Shown piece by piece: positions 20,001-29,088 of a DNA stretch of 32,000 nt. The DNA lies in the sequence record OX922092.1. The stretch is one strand, 5' to 3'. How positions within the stretch are numbered: position 1 is the first letter of the stretch; every line of letters starts with the position of its first letter. The position numbers were made by a program, and so were the translations under genes. The notes beneath the pieces are model-generated. The model saw only the letters and a program-made list of their open reading frames with translations. It was not told the DNA's origin and ran no database searches.

Positions 20001-21984
20001 TTAATTCATAAATTTTTCCCGATAAAACCCATGCATAACCCCAAGTCCAAGATTCATATAATTTATCTATATAATTAATGTTTAAAGAATTGTTTAAAGA
20101 ATTCTTTAAAAAAGAAGTATCTTTTGGATTAGTTTGACTTATATCGGATATTGGCGAACTTTGATTCTTTTGGTTACGAATTTGTGCTAGACCAGATTCT
20201 ATAAGTTTAGCATCACCCACAAATTTTTCACGAAAACCTAAGGTTTTCGAGTAAAATTGACCTTCATATTCTGATTGAATTGTTAATTCAGCAACATCTG
20301 TAGCATTACTTTTTCGACTAATTGTTGATATTTGAGCAATTACTTCTTTTTCATTAACAGATTGTTTATTACGTATATATAAAAGAGTATAACTTGGTAT
20401 TTTGAACTGACGTGTTGAAGATAATGACACAGTATTTGGGTCTATGTCTTTAGCAGGCATATCAGAAGAATGTTCTCCACTTGTTAAAGAAGTAAATTTA
20501 TCTTGAGAATTTTCTTGGCAAATTTTATTTTGTTCAATTTTTTTAACACAAAACGATCCTTCACCCTTTGTTAAAAATGCTATTTTACCTTCAGGTGTAC
20601 GTATTAAAGTACCTGGAATAGCTGTAGGATATTCTACCATAGCATAAAAAGGTGCTCTAATTTGATCACTAATATCTCCTGAAAAAACACCTCCTGTATG
20701 AAATGTTCGCATTGTTAATTGTGTACCAGGTTCACCAATTGATTGGGCTGCTACAACACCTACAGCTTCACCAATAGATACTAAAGTAGAACCTTGACCT
20801 AAACTCCAACCATAGCATAATTGGCAAATTAATTGATTTGTTTCACAAGTAAGTGGAGAACGCACAAAAATTTTATCAAATTTTTGGACAATAGAAAGAG
20901 CTAAATCCATTGTAATTTCTTCGTTTCTTTTTGCTAATATTGGATATTGACGTAAATCTGAATTTTTTAAACCGTCATTAGAAAACGTACTTGGTACATT
21001 TTCTTTAATCTGATCTTTTGGAATTTCATTCTGATCTTTTGAAATTAATGAAGTATCTATAAGATCGCGGGCTAAAATACGACCAACCACCCTTTGTATT
21101 AAAGAATGTATAGTCTTATTTCCTTCTTTCATGTCTTTTAAAAAAATTCCTCGATGTGTACCACAATCAAAATGAGATATAATTACATGCTGTGCTACAT
21201 CAACTAAACGTCGTGTTAAATAGCCAGCATTTGCTGTACGCAAAGCAGTATCAACAATACCTTTTCGTGCTCCGTAACTAGAAATAAGATATTCCGTTAA
21301 TGTTAATCCTTCACGAAAATTACTTCGAATAGGAAAATCAATAATTTGCCCTTGTGGATCAGCCATTAAACCTCTCATACCCACTAATTGTCGTACTTGA
21401 GATATATTACCTCGAGCTCCTGAAAAAGCCATCATATAAACCGGATTTAAAATATCAGTAGCTTCAAAATAATCAATAACTTCTTGTTTTAAACTTTCAC
21501 TTGTTCTATGCCAAGTATCTATTAAACGTTGAAAACGTTCTACACCTGTTATTTCACCTCGTGCATATTGATGTATTGTATTGGTTGTAATTTTTTCTGC
21601 GTCAAAAATTAAATCGGATTTTCTATATGGAATTTTTAAATCATCAATACCTAATGAAATACCTGCTTTAGATGCATATTCAAACCCGATGTTTTTTAAT
21701 TGTTCTACTAATTTTACTGTTTTATTTTGTCCATAATTTTTTAAAAACCATAACACAAAATTTTTTAATCGTCCTTTATCAAAACATTGATTGAAAAAAC
21801 AATGTTTTAAAAAATCTTTATCAGGTGGATTTGAATGCGTTTCAATACGAGGTTTTATACCTTTAGACCAATACCCCAAACCCATTGGTCTCAATCTTTT
21901 TTCAACATATCCTGATTTTATAGACTGATAATTTTTTATCACTGAGCTTTTTTGAGAATAATAAACTGTTTTTTCCCAAGTCAT
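14074..21984 (-). CDS. rpoC2: RNA polymerase beta'' subunit, greatly expanded (about 2636 aa)
   Basis: The N-terminal third carries rpoC2 blocks: [23 protein letters not shown]...[96 protein letters not shown]. C-terminal blocks are [65 protein letters not shown] and [16 protein letters not shown]. The ORF-track start (22005) is a TTG. I place the start at the ATG at 21982-21984 (MTWEKT), which is preceded by aaggag. Stop TAA is at 14074-14076. Confidence 0.9.
   Translation of the reverse strand: [2636 protein letters not shown]
16423..16482 (-). repeat. 5 x 12-bp in-frame tandem repeat inside rpoC2, encoding KNND/KNNN
   Basis: attattattttt x2 followed by atcattattttt x3 on the + strand. 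The protein reads [20 protein letters not shown]. Confidence 0.9.
16703..16849 (-). repeat. 7 x 21-bp in-frame tandem repeat inside rpoC2, encoding a heptad SNNGT(F/L)(D/N)
   Basis: Units gtaccattattagaattKaaa begin at 16703, 16724, 16745, 16766, 16787, 16808 and 16829. The protein reads [48 protein letters not shown]. Confidence 0.9.
17976..18036 (-). repeat. Copy of the double-hairpin dispersed repeat embedded in frame in rpoC2
   Basis: The minus strand reads gcggacaaaacaaccaagttgttttgttctggggaaaaaagaaaaggttttttccgaccgg, roughly 80% identical by eye to the intergenic element at 13505-13561. It is translated as [22 protein letters not shown]. Confidence 0.85.
19256..19311 (-). repeat. Second palindromic repeat cluster embedded in frame in rpoC2
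   Basis: ggagaaaacctttggttttttcc resembles 30309-30336 and 13538-13559. It is followed by the 10-bp-stem hairpin ccgagcaatt...aattgctcgg. Nearby, ctccgctgcgctaaat (about 19357) matches the intergenic tccgctgcgctaaat at about 13608. Confidence 0.8.
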
Positions 21985-21990
21985 TCTTCT

Positions 21991-21996
21991 CTCCTT
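21991..21996 (-). promoter_or_regulatory. Shine-Dalgarno-like AAGGAG, 6 nt upstream of the proposed rpoC2 ATG
   Basis: The minus strand reads ttttaaggagagaagaATGacttgg. It is complementary to the 16S 3' end ...cacctcctt seen at 4072-4080. Confidence 0.4.
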
Positions 21997-22030
21997 AAAA
22001 TACAATTATCTTATAGTTAAGGCTATTTAA

Positions 22031-22088
22031 AAATTTTATACCGGAAAAAACCAAAGGGTTTTTTCCTTAGGACAAAACAACAAAGTTG
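22031..22088. repeat. Short dispersed repeat (double-hairpin element), intergenic copy just upstream of rpoC2
   Basis: ccggaaaaaaccaaagggttttttccttaggacaaaacaacaaagttgttttgtccgc is the reverse orientation of 13505-13561. Confidence 0.9.
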
Positions 22089-22181
22089 TTTTGTCCGCAA
22101 AATAAAATTTAAAAAGCATATCGATTTTTCTTCGCCATGTGGGTTTTTCTTCAAAAAACCGCCATGAGGTGAAAAAAAAAA

Positions 22182-22361
22182 AGCGGTCAGAAGGGTTTAA
22201 CATAAGCGAAGCAAAAGACCACAGCCTTTTTCTTACAGGCTAGATAGGCTAGGCGGGTGCGGAAGCCAACCCGCCTAGCCTTTAGGTAACGACCCGCCCA
22301 AGGGCTTATTCGAGCCGGAAAGGGCGAAGCTGTTTAAAGCGGCCTCGCCCTTCTGACCGCT
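22182..22361. other. GC-rich multi-hairpin island closed by a 14-bp long-range inverted repeat
   Basis: agcggtcagaaggg (22182-22195) is the exact complement of cccttctgaccgct (22348-22361). Internal hairpins are aggctaggcgggt...acccgcctagcct and agggcga...tcgccct. The island is embedded in much more AT-rich spacer. Confidence 0.7.
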
Positions 22362-23217
22362 TTGCTCTATTGAAAAATTCGAGATTTGGTAAAACTGAGT
22401 TTTTGTTTTTTTGTTATTGCCATACTTTAGATAAGAAATTTTATTTAATAAAATTCCCCTTTTCTTGAAGAAGTTAATTTGTTAATAAATTAGATAGAAG
22501 CTCTTTTCAAGTAAATAGAATTTTTAATAAACTTAATAAACTTTATTAATAACTAAAAAACTATAACTCAAAATAATTTTAATCTAATATTTTATAAAGC
22601 TTTACAATTAAGGTTAATTATAAGTTTTATAACTATAGCCTTTTTTTTTTATTTTTTACTAAAAAAAAAATTTTTTGAGCCGAAAAAAAAAAATCTTTCA
22701 TTTTTTCCTACGGATTTTTTTTTTATCCGGTAGATATATTATATAATTTTAATAAATCTATAATAGATTAAATTAAGATTTAATCTTAATTTCTATTATA
22801 TGTTTAACAAGCTACTAATAGAATTAGTAACGGATTTTGTTTTATATTTGTAACATTTTACTTTGTGTGTGTTTTTTTTTTCGTCCTCTTTAAGTCGATT
22901 TTATAAAAAAAATACGCAAAAATAGAAATAAAAACGGGTTCGTTCGAACCTTAAAAAAAAATCAATAACAATATATTGTTATTGATTTTGAATAATTATC
23001 AATAATAATCTCAATTGTTGATAAATCTGTTTGTGGTGAAAAGATCAAAATAGTTTTTTTATTAGATAATTCTACTAGCATATAAAAGAATTCTAGAGAA
23101 AAATATAAATTTATTATCTCTCTTAGAAGAAAATAATATTTTAGATAAGTTAAATTTTATGGAAAAAACTCCAACTAACAAAAAATTTTAGTTCCATTGT
23201 TATAAAACAATAAGGAA

Positions 23218-23267
23218 TTAGAGTTTCCCTATACGATAAAGCAAATGATCGTACAGGGAAACTCTAA
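23218..23267 (-). terminator. 13-bp-stem inverted repeat about 140 nt downstream of the rps3 stop; a candidate 3' stem-loop
   Basis: ttagagtttccct (23218-23230) pairs with agggaaactctaa (23255-23267). A second, smaller hairpin, ccgttttt...aaaaacgg, lies at 23334-23359. Confidence 0.5.
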
Positions 23268-23408
23268 AAAGTAAATTTATGTTTTTTTTTTAAAAAAAAA
23301 AAAAATGCAAGATATACGAGTTTGCTAAAAAATCCGTTTTTATTTAAAGAGAAAAACGGAGATAGTTCGAATAAGTGTTATAAACACCTCTATATAAAAA
23401 ATTCTAAA

Positions 23409-25523
23409 TTATAGAAGTGTGGTATAACCTTTAAAAATCCAAACTTTTACACCAATAATACCGTAAATAGTATTTGCGGTTTTATATGAATAATCAAGGT
23501 TTGCACGTAAAGTTTGTAAAGGAACACGACCAGCACGAACCCATTCACTACGAGCAATTTCAGCCCCGTTTAAACGTCCAGAAACTTGAATTTTTACACC
23601 TTTAACACGGTTAATTTTCCCATCACTTGAAGAGATAGGAGAACGCATTAAATCTTCTTTTGCATCTTTGATAACTTTACGGAAGGCTTTACGTTGTTCT
23701 AAAGCATCCACAACAGAATCAGCTACAATTGAAGCTTTAGCTTTAACACTTTTTTCTTTAACAGAATAGAATTTAATAGCAATTTTAGGTGTTAATTGTA
23801 CATTATCTATATACATGTTTCTTTGTTTTTCAATTTGTTCTAAAAAGATATCTTGTAGTGTTTTTTCTAAGTCAGCTTTAGAATGACTATTATCTAAAAC
23901 TAAACGAACACGTTCTTGAATTTTCGTTTTTTGTTCTTCTGGACTTTGTCCTTCAGAATTGATAGTACCAAATAAGAATGAAGCATGTTTTTTTGTAAAT
24001 TGTTTTAGTTTACGTAAATCTTTACGAGCTTCAGCAATAGTAGATAAGTATAAATAAATATTGTCAGATCGATGTTTTTTAACACTTTGTTTTAAATATT
24101 CTATTAATTGAATTTTTCGACATTCGTTTTCAATATTATTTAATTTTTTAGAAATTACTGAGTTTGAGTTACTAGTCATTAATGCACTTACACTTGGAGA
24201 AGTGGCCGCAAGAGCGCCTTGAGGGCGACGTGATAATAAAGTATCTTGTCGTTTTGTTAAATCAGAGTTTTGTAAAGTGTATTGTAATTTTTGTTTACGT
24301 TTAATTTGAGAAACGTATTCTTTTAAATCTTTTAAGAATTTTAACATTTGATAATAACTTGCTGTTGAAATTGTACCAAAAGTAATAAAATCTTTTCTTA
24401 AAGATTCCATTTTTTTTAATGATTTTTGTTCTAAAACAGTGATTAAATTAATTAATTTAGGTAATGGTTTTTGTGCTAAACGTGGTTGAACTAATTTGAA
24501 ATTCCATTTTTTACTAACACTATTTGATGTTTCAAAACTTGAAGAATTTTGAAGCGCTAAAATAGAAGATTTTAAAACTTGTAAGAATTTTTTATTCATT
24601 TTATTTCGATAAATGGAAACAAATTTTTTCTTGATACGTGACTGAAAAATATTAAAAGGTTTTTGTCCAAAATTTGTTTTAGAAACACGAGACTTAGAGC
24701 TAACTTTTGTTACAGTTTTGTTAGAAGGTACACGTTTGTTAAAATTTTTCTGCATACCTTTATTACGATTACCTTTTTGCGTGTTACTAACATTGTTACC
24801 TTTATTTAAAGTTAATTTTTGAATAACTTTATTGCCGTTTTTTGTTAAGAAGAAGCGAGCTTCGCGTGCAAGCTGTTTATAACGACGACGAATTAATTGA
24901 CGTTTTTTAAGACGTTTTAAAATTAAACGTTGACGACGTAGTTGGCTTTTTGTTAATCGTCCAAATTTAGAACCCTTTTTTCTAAAAGAAGTATTTGGAC
25001 CTTCGTTTTTACCAAAACGATCTCCTTTTAAACGTGAAGTATCAACAGTACTTTCAACGTTTCCAATTTTCTTTTCTTCGTTATTAACGTTACCTTCCAG
25101 ATAATTAATTTTATCTCCTGGTTGATCTAACGAGTCATTTAGTTTGAATCGTAAATGTTGAAAATAACGACGTGTTTTTTGTAATCGACTCACAAAGTCA
25201 CTATTAATTTTTAAGTTTTCAATTGATGATTTAATCAAATCACAATTTTCTGCATGAATTTGAATTCCAATCTCATATGGAATTAAACCTCTTTCAATTT
25301 TAATTTGTGTGATTTTTGGAGCAATAGATGATTCATTATCACGTTGTTTTTTAAAAACCGGATTTAATAATTGTGGAAATAATTGAGTTAGCGTTTGTCG
25401 TAACATACGATCTTCTAAAACGCTTTGTGCATACTTGTTTTTATGAAAACGTGCAAACCATTGCGACTGATGTTTTTTAGTAATACCTACACGTAAACCC
25501 AAAGGATGTACTTTTTGACCCAT
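23409..25523 (-). CDS. rps3: Ribosomal protein S3 with a large central insertion (704 aa)
   Basis: N-terminus [24 protein letters not shown] and C-terminus [60 protein letters not shown] are canonical S3. The middle is K/N/S/Q-rich. Size and organisation resemble the expanded rps3 (ORF712) known from Chlamydomonas reinhardtii. Confidence 0.9.
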   Translation of the reverse strand: MGQKVHPLGLRVGITKKHQSQWFARFHKNKYAQSVLEDRMLRQTLTQLFPQLLNPVFKKQRDNESSIAPKITQIKIERGLIPYEIGIQIHAENCDLIKSSIENLKINSDFVSRLQKTRRYFQHLRFKLNDSLDQPGDKINYLEGNVNNEEKKIGNVESTVDTSRLKGDRFGKNEGPNTSFRKKGSKFGRLTKSQLRRQRLILKRLKKRQLIRRRYKQLAREARFFLTKNGNKVIQKLTLNKGNNVSNTQKGNRNKGMQKNFNKRVPSNKTVTKVSSKSRVSKTNFGQKPFNIFQSRIKKKFVSIYRNKMNKKFLQVLKSSILALQNSSSFETSNSVSKKWNFKLVQPRLAQKPLPKLINLITVLEQKSLKKMESLRKDFITFGTISTASYYQMLKFLKDLKEYVSQIKRKQKLQYTLQNSDLTKRQDTLLSRRPQGALAATSPSVSALMTSNSNSVISKKLNNIENECRKIQLIEYLKQSVKKHRSDNIYLYLSTIAEARKDLRKLKQFTKKHASFLFGTINSEGQSPEEQKTKIQERVRLVLDNSHSKADLEKTLQDIFLEQIEKQRNMYIDNVQLTPKIAIKFYSVKEKSVKAKASIVADSVVDALEQRKAFRKVIKDAKEDLMRSPISSSDGKINRVKGVKIQVSGRLNGAEIARSEWVRAGRVPLQTLRANLDYSYKTANTIYGIIGVKVWIFKGYTTLL

Positions 25524-26075
25524 AATATATTTTTTATGTTTTTTTTAAGCCTGTTTCTCTTACCTTTTTAAGCTTCATCTTTTTTGAAGTTTAAAGGAGA
25601 AATTTATAGAGAAGACTTAATTCGAACCTCTTTCATAATAAATAGCCTCGTAGATAATATCCATAAAAATAAAACTTAAATTTGATTTTTTTAAGTATAA
25701 GCGAAGCGATCAGAGGGGTTTTTTAAACAGAAGCCAAAATAAAACCCAAGCAAGCTCCGTATTTACGCTCTACGAAAATTAGTTGTTTAACTAAACTTAT
25801 ATAGGCAAATTTTTTTTAATAGGTTCAACAATTTTTTTTTTTTTATTTTTTTTTTATTTTCTATACATAATATAATATTATTAAAACAAGTACAAAATTT
25901 TAAATTACGTAGATTAACTAATCTAAATTTAATACGTTAAAGTAATATTAATTTATTTATTATTAATAAATAATAATTAATATGCTAAAAAAATAATAGT
26001 TTTACTAGATAAAATCTAGAGTGACTTACAACATTTAAGTTATTATTTAATATTCCATTTGAGGATTATAAAACC

Positions 26076-26125
26076 TAGGCCCCGCCCTATCTGTTATTTT
26101 TATGTTATTTCTAGGGCGGAGCCTA
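26076..26125 (-). terminator. GC-rich inverted repeat about 250 nt downstream of petG
   Basis: taggccccgcccta (26076-26089) pairs with tagggcggagccta (26112-26125), a 14-bp stem with one mismatch. Confidence 0.4.
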
Positions 26126-26371
26126 AGTTTCGTACTGAATAAATTAAAATTTTATTGGATTAAATTTAATATGAAAATTGACATAAATCACAAAATCATA
26201 ATAAAAATTTATTTTTGATTTTATACAAAATCAAATTTACCAAGTAAATTTTCTAAGTCTATTTTCATAAATTTAATAATTAGATTCAAACTACTGAAAT
26301 ACAAATTAAAGTACTCTTATTACTATTTATTTTTTTTTTTTTTTTTAGAATAAAAATTCTAATTAAAACAA

Positions 26372-26485
26372 TTAGAAACTAGCTAAATCACCTCTACGAT
26401 ATTGTAAGTATGCTGTTACAAATAATCCAGCGATAGTAACTGGAACTAATCCTAATACAATTCCTGATAATAAAGGTTCAACCAT
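26372..26485 (-). CDS. petG: Cytochrome b6f complex subunit V (PetG), 37 aa
   Basis: Manual translation of the minus strand gives [37 protein letters not shown]. It matches the conserved PetG pattern [31 protein letters not shown]. It is too short for the supplied ORF track. Confidence 0.92.
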   Translation of the reverse strand: MVEPLLSGIVLGLVPVTIAGLFVTAYLQYRRGDLASF

Positions 26486-27484
26486 ATTTATATATATAAA
26501 TTTTATAATGTATAGAAGTTTAAATTAATATAATTAGTACGAAATAATACATTTCGTACTGATACTGAAAACAATTATTAGATATAGTTTATCTAAAAAT
26601 TTAAAATAATAATTATTAATATTAATTATTATTAATAGGAATTATTATTAATAATTCCTATAATTTCGAAAAATGTTTCAGAATTTTATTCGGTTTGTAA
26701 ATTTTATTGTCTGTAATTTTTTATAACCTGTTTTTTTTTGTTGCTTTTTTTAGGGTTATCTAATAAAAATTAAACTTGATAAAATCGAAAAATTTATGTA
26801 AATAATATATTTTTTTTTTTTTTAGATTCTAATCTAAACTTCTCAAAGATCTCCAAACTCTTTTATTTTTTTTATTTATACGAGGAGTAATATCACTTCC
26901 ATAATTGATACAAAAAAGGTTTAAATTTTTATATTTTATTTTTAATATATTGTAACATAGTTCTTCTTTTTTTTGTAAAAAAAGAAACACATAAAAAATT
27001 AAAGTTAATATAAAAACAGACAAGTTAAGTACGAATGGGCGGGGCCTTTTTTTTTTATTAAAGACATTTCCATTTTGGAAGGTATTATATTAATAAATCT
27101 ATTAATATATTATTGCGGAATTTTTTATCAAAATTACTAACTCGTTTACCAATATAAATTAGAGATATAAATATATATTTATATCTCTAAAATAGTAATA
27201 ATAGTAATCATAATTAATTTTTTAATATGATAAAAAAATCAAATAAAATAACAAATAAAAATTTTAGTCTTAAAAAAGAACACTATTAAAGTATTCAATT
27301 TTTGAAATTATATATATATATAAATATAAAAATAAAATTTTTACTTAATATATGTGTTAAAAATACAAAATATATATATATATATATAAACAAAAGAAAA
27401 GTTACTTAACCAAATAAATTACGTTAATTTTGTAATTAAATTTTCTAATTCGAATTTGAAACAAATATAATATTTAAGTTAAAT

Positions 27485-27530
27485 AACTTAGTGTGTATTT
27501 ATCAAAATATAGGATAATACACACTAAGTT
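27485..27530 (-). terminator. 15-bp-stem inverted repeat about 165 nt downstream of psbL; a candidate 3' stem-loop
   Basis: aacttagtgtgtatt (27485-27499) pairs with aatacacactaagtt (27516-27530). Confidence 0.5.
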
Positions 27531-27694
27531 TATTAGCAATAGCAAAAAAAAAAAAAAATTTTTTAGTATGTTACTTAAAGATAAAATTGTATTGTGTTCA
27601 AAATTACATACTTTAAATTTTTTTTGACTAGTAATAAGTTTAACTTAACAGTCTTACTTAAAAAAAAAAAAATAAGACTTTAAATAATATTTAA

Positions 27695-27811
27695 TTAGTT
27701 AAAAATGTAACTAGAGAATAAAACAGCTAATACGAAAATTAATAAAAGTCCCCAATATAGACTTGAACGGTTTAATTCAACTACTTGTTTATTTGGATTT
27801 GGTCTAGCCAT
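27695..27811 (-). CDS. psbL: Photosystem II protein L, 38 aa
   Basis: Manual translation gives [38 protein letters not shown]. The core [29 protein letters not shown] is the PsbL signature. Confidence 0.93.
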   Translation of the reverse strand: MARPNPNKQVVELNRSSLYWGLLLIFVLAVLFSSYIFN

Positions 27812-28128
27812 AAAAGAATAAAATATTTTTTAAGGTCTATTAACGCTTTGCCCTATTTTTCTATCTATGCTTTGCGTGTTAGCCTACTTTTTTTTTTACT
27901 TATCTAAAATAAGATAAAGTTATCTCAAGATTAATGAAATTAAAATTAAATACAAAATCAGAATATTTCCTATAGGACAATTTATGGTTTTGATTAATAA
28001 TTTTTACTTTTCTTTTGTGCAAAGATCTTCTGATATTATGCTGTAAGGACCTCTTGAAGTCACGGAAGCTTTTTACAATAATTAGTTTTGACACAATAAA
28101 TTTAGTTATTGTGATATTTTCAAACTAA

Positions 28129-28153
28129 AGAAAATTTACTTTGTAAATTTTCT
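28129..28153 (-). terminator. 11-bp-stem hairpin about 47 nt downstream of the psbF stop
   Basis: agaaaatttac ttt gtaaattttct, read directly. Confidence 0.5.
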
Positions 28154-28199
28154 AACCCGCCTTAAAAAAGAATGTTAAAATATAAAAACTATAAGTTAA

Positions 28200-28334
28200 T
28201 TAACGTTGAATAAATTGCATAGCTGTAATTGCACCTAAAAAGAAAATAGTAGGAACTGCAATTGCGTGAATAGCTAACCAACGTACAGTAAAAATTGGAT
28301 ATGTAATAGCTTCAGCTGATTTTCTTGTAGTCAT
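28200..28334 (-). CDS. psbF: Cytochrome b559 beta subunit (PsbF), 44 aa
   Basis: Manual translation gives [71 protein letters not shown], with the haem-ligand His, is the PsbF signature. Confidence 0.93.
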   Translation of the reverse strand: MTTRKSAEAITYPIFTVRWLAIHAIAVPTIFFLGAITAMQFIQR

Positions 28335-29088
28335 AATAAAACAGTTTGAATTAAAAAAAGAGAATAAGAGATTTTAGTACCTTTACAATGGTTATTGTAC
28401 TAGTCTGTTCATAACTTTAATAAATTAATTTGTGTCATAAAAAATTTACGTTATTAATAGAAACTTCACTTACATAATTAACAAAGTTAATTATGTTAAG
28501 TGAATTTTCTATTATATTTTGCTTTTATTAATCTAATTAGATACAAATTTAGTATTTGTTACAAAAATAAAATACAGAGATATTCAGTATCTTATTTTGT
28601 AAATCTCAAAATAAAGTATTTTCGATTTAAAGAGAAGACTTTTACAAATAACCATTTTATATCTCTCTTATTCCAAACTCAAAAAACATTGAAACTTGAT
28701 ATTATCGAAATATCTAATTTATAAAAATTAGATATTTAGTTTAGTATTGAACTATAGATAATAATAAAATGGTGCTTTCAATGTATTCCTAAAAGCAACA
28801 TAATATATAAATAAAACAATTTTTTATCAATTTATTTGATATTTCTCTTCTTGCTTTGATACACAGATGTCGAACAAAAAAAAACACGTTAAATTTTTTG
28901 AATGCTTACCCGTAAAATACGGACCCTTTTCGGGAGGATCAAAAACTATAATAATATAAGAAAAAAATAACAAAACAAAATTTATCCTAAGGGCTAGGAT
29001 AAAGAGTTGACGCTTCACTTCGTCTGTCTGCTGCGCTAAAATTTCTAAACTTCAATATTTTCTTTAGTTGCTTTAATGTAAAAAAAAG

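Noticed and set aside
21985-22005. ORF-track start of rpoC2 at 22005 (MYFKERR...)
   Set aside because: The codon at 22003-22005 is TTG. The first ATG (21982-21984) is preceded by AAGGAG and is the more plausible start. The 7-codon difference is unresolved without data.
22935-22955. tRNA-like T-loop strings (gggttcgttcgaacc at about 22937; ttcgaacc at about 25620)
   Set aside because: No complementary T-stem, acceptor stem or anticodon arm could be built around either. The first is just a short palindrome.
26829-29018. Small intergenic ORFs 26829-27023 (-), 27900-28094 (-), 28500-28724 (+) and 28827-29018 (-)
   Set aside because: By my reading, 27900-28094, 28500-28724 and 28827-29018 start at GTG rather than ATG. 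All four have low-complexity AT-driven composition and no resemblance to known small plastid proteins. Each overlaps hairpins or repeat motifs.
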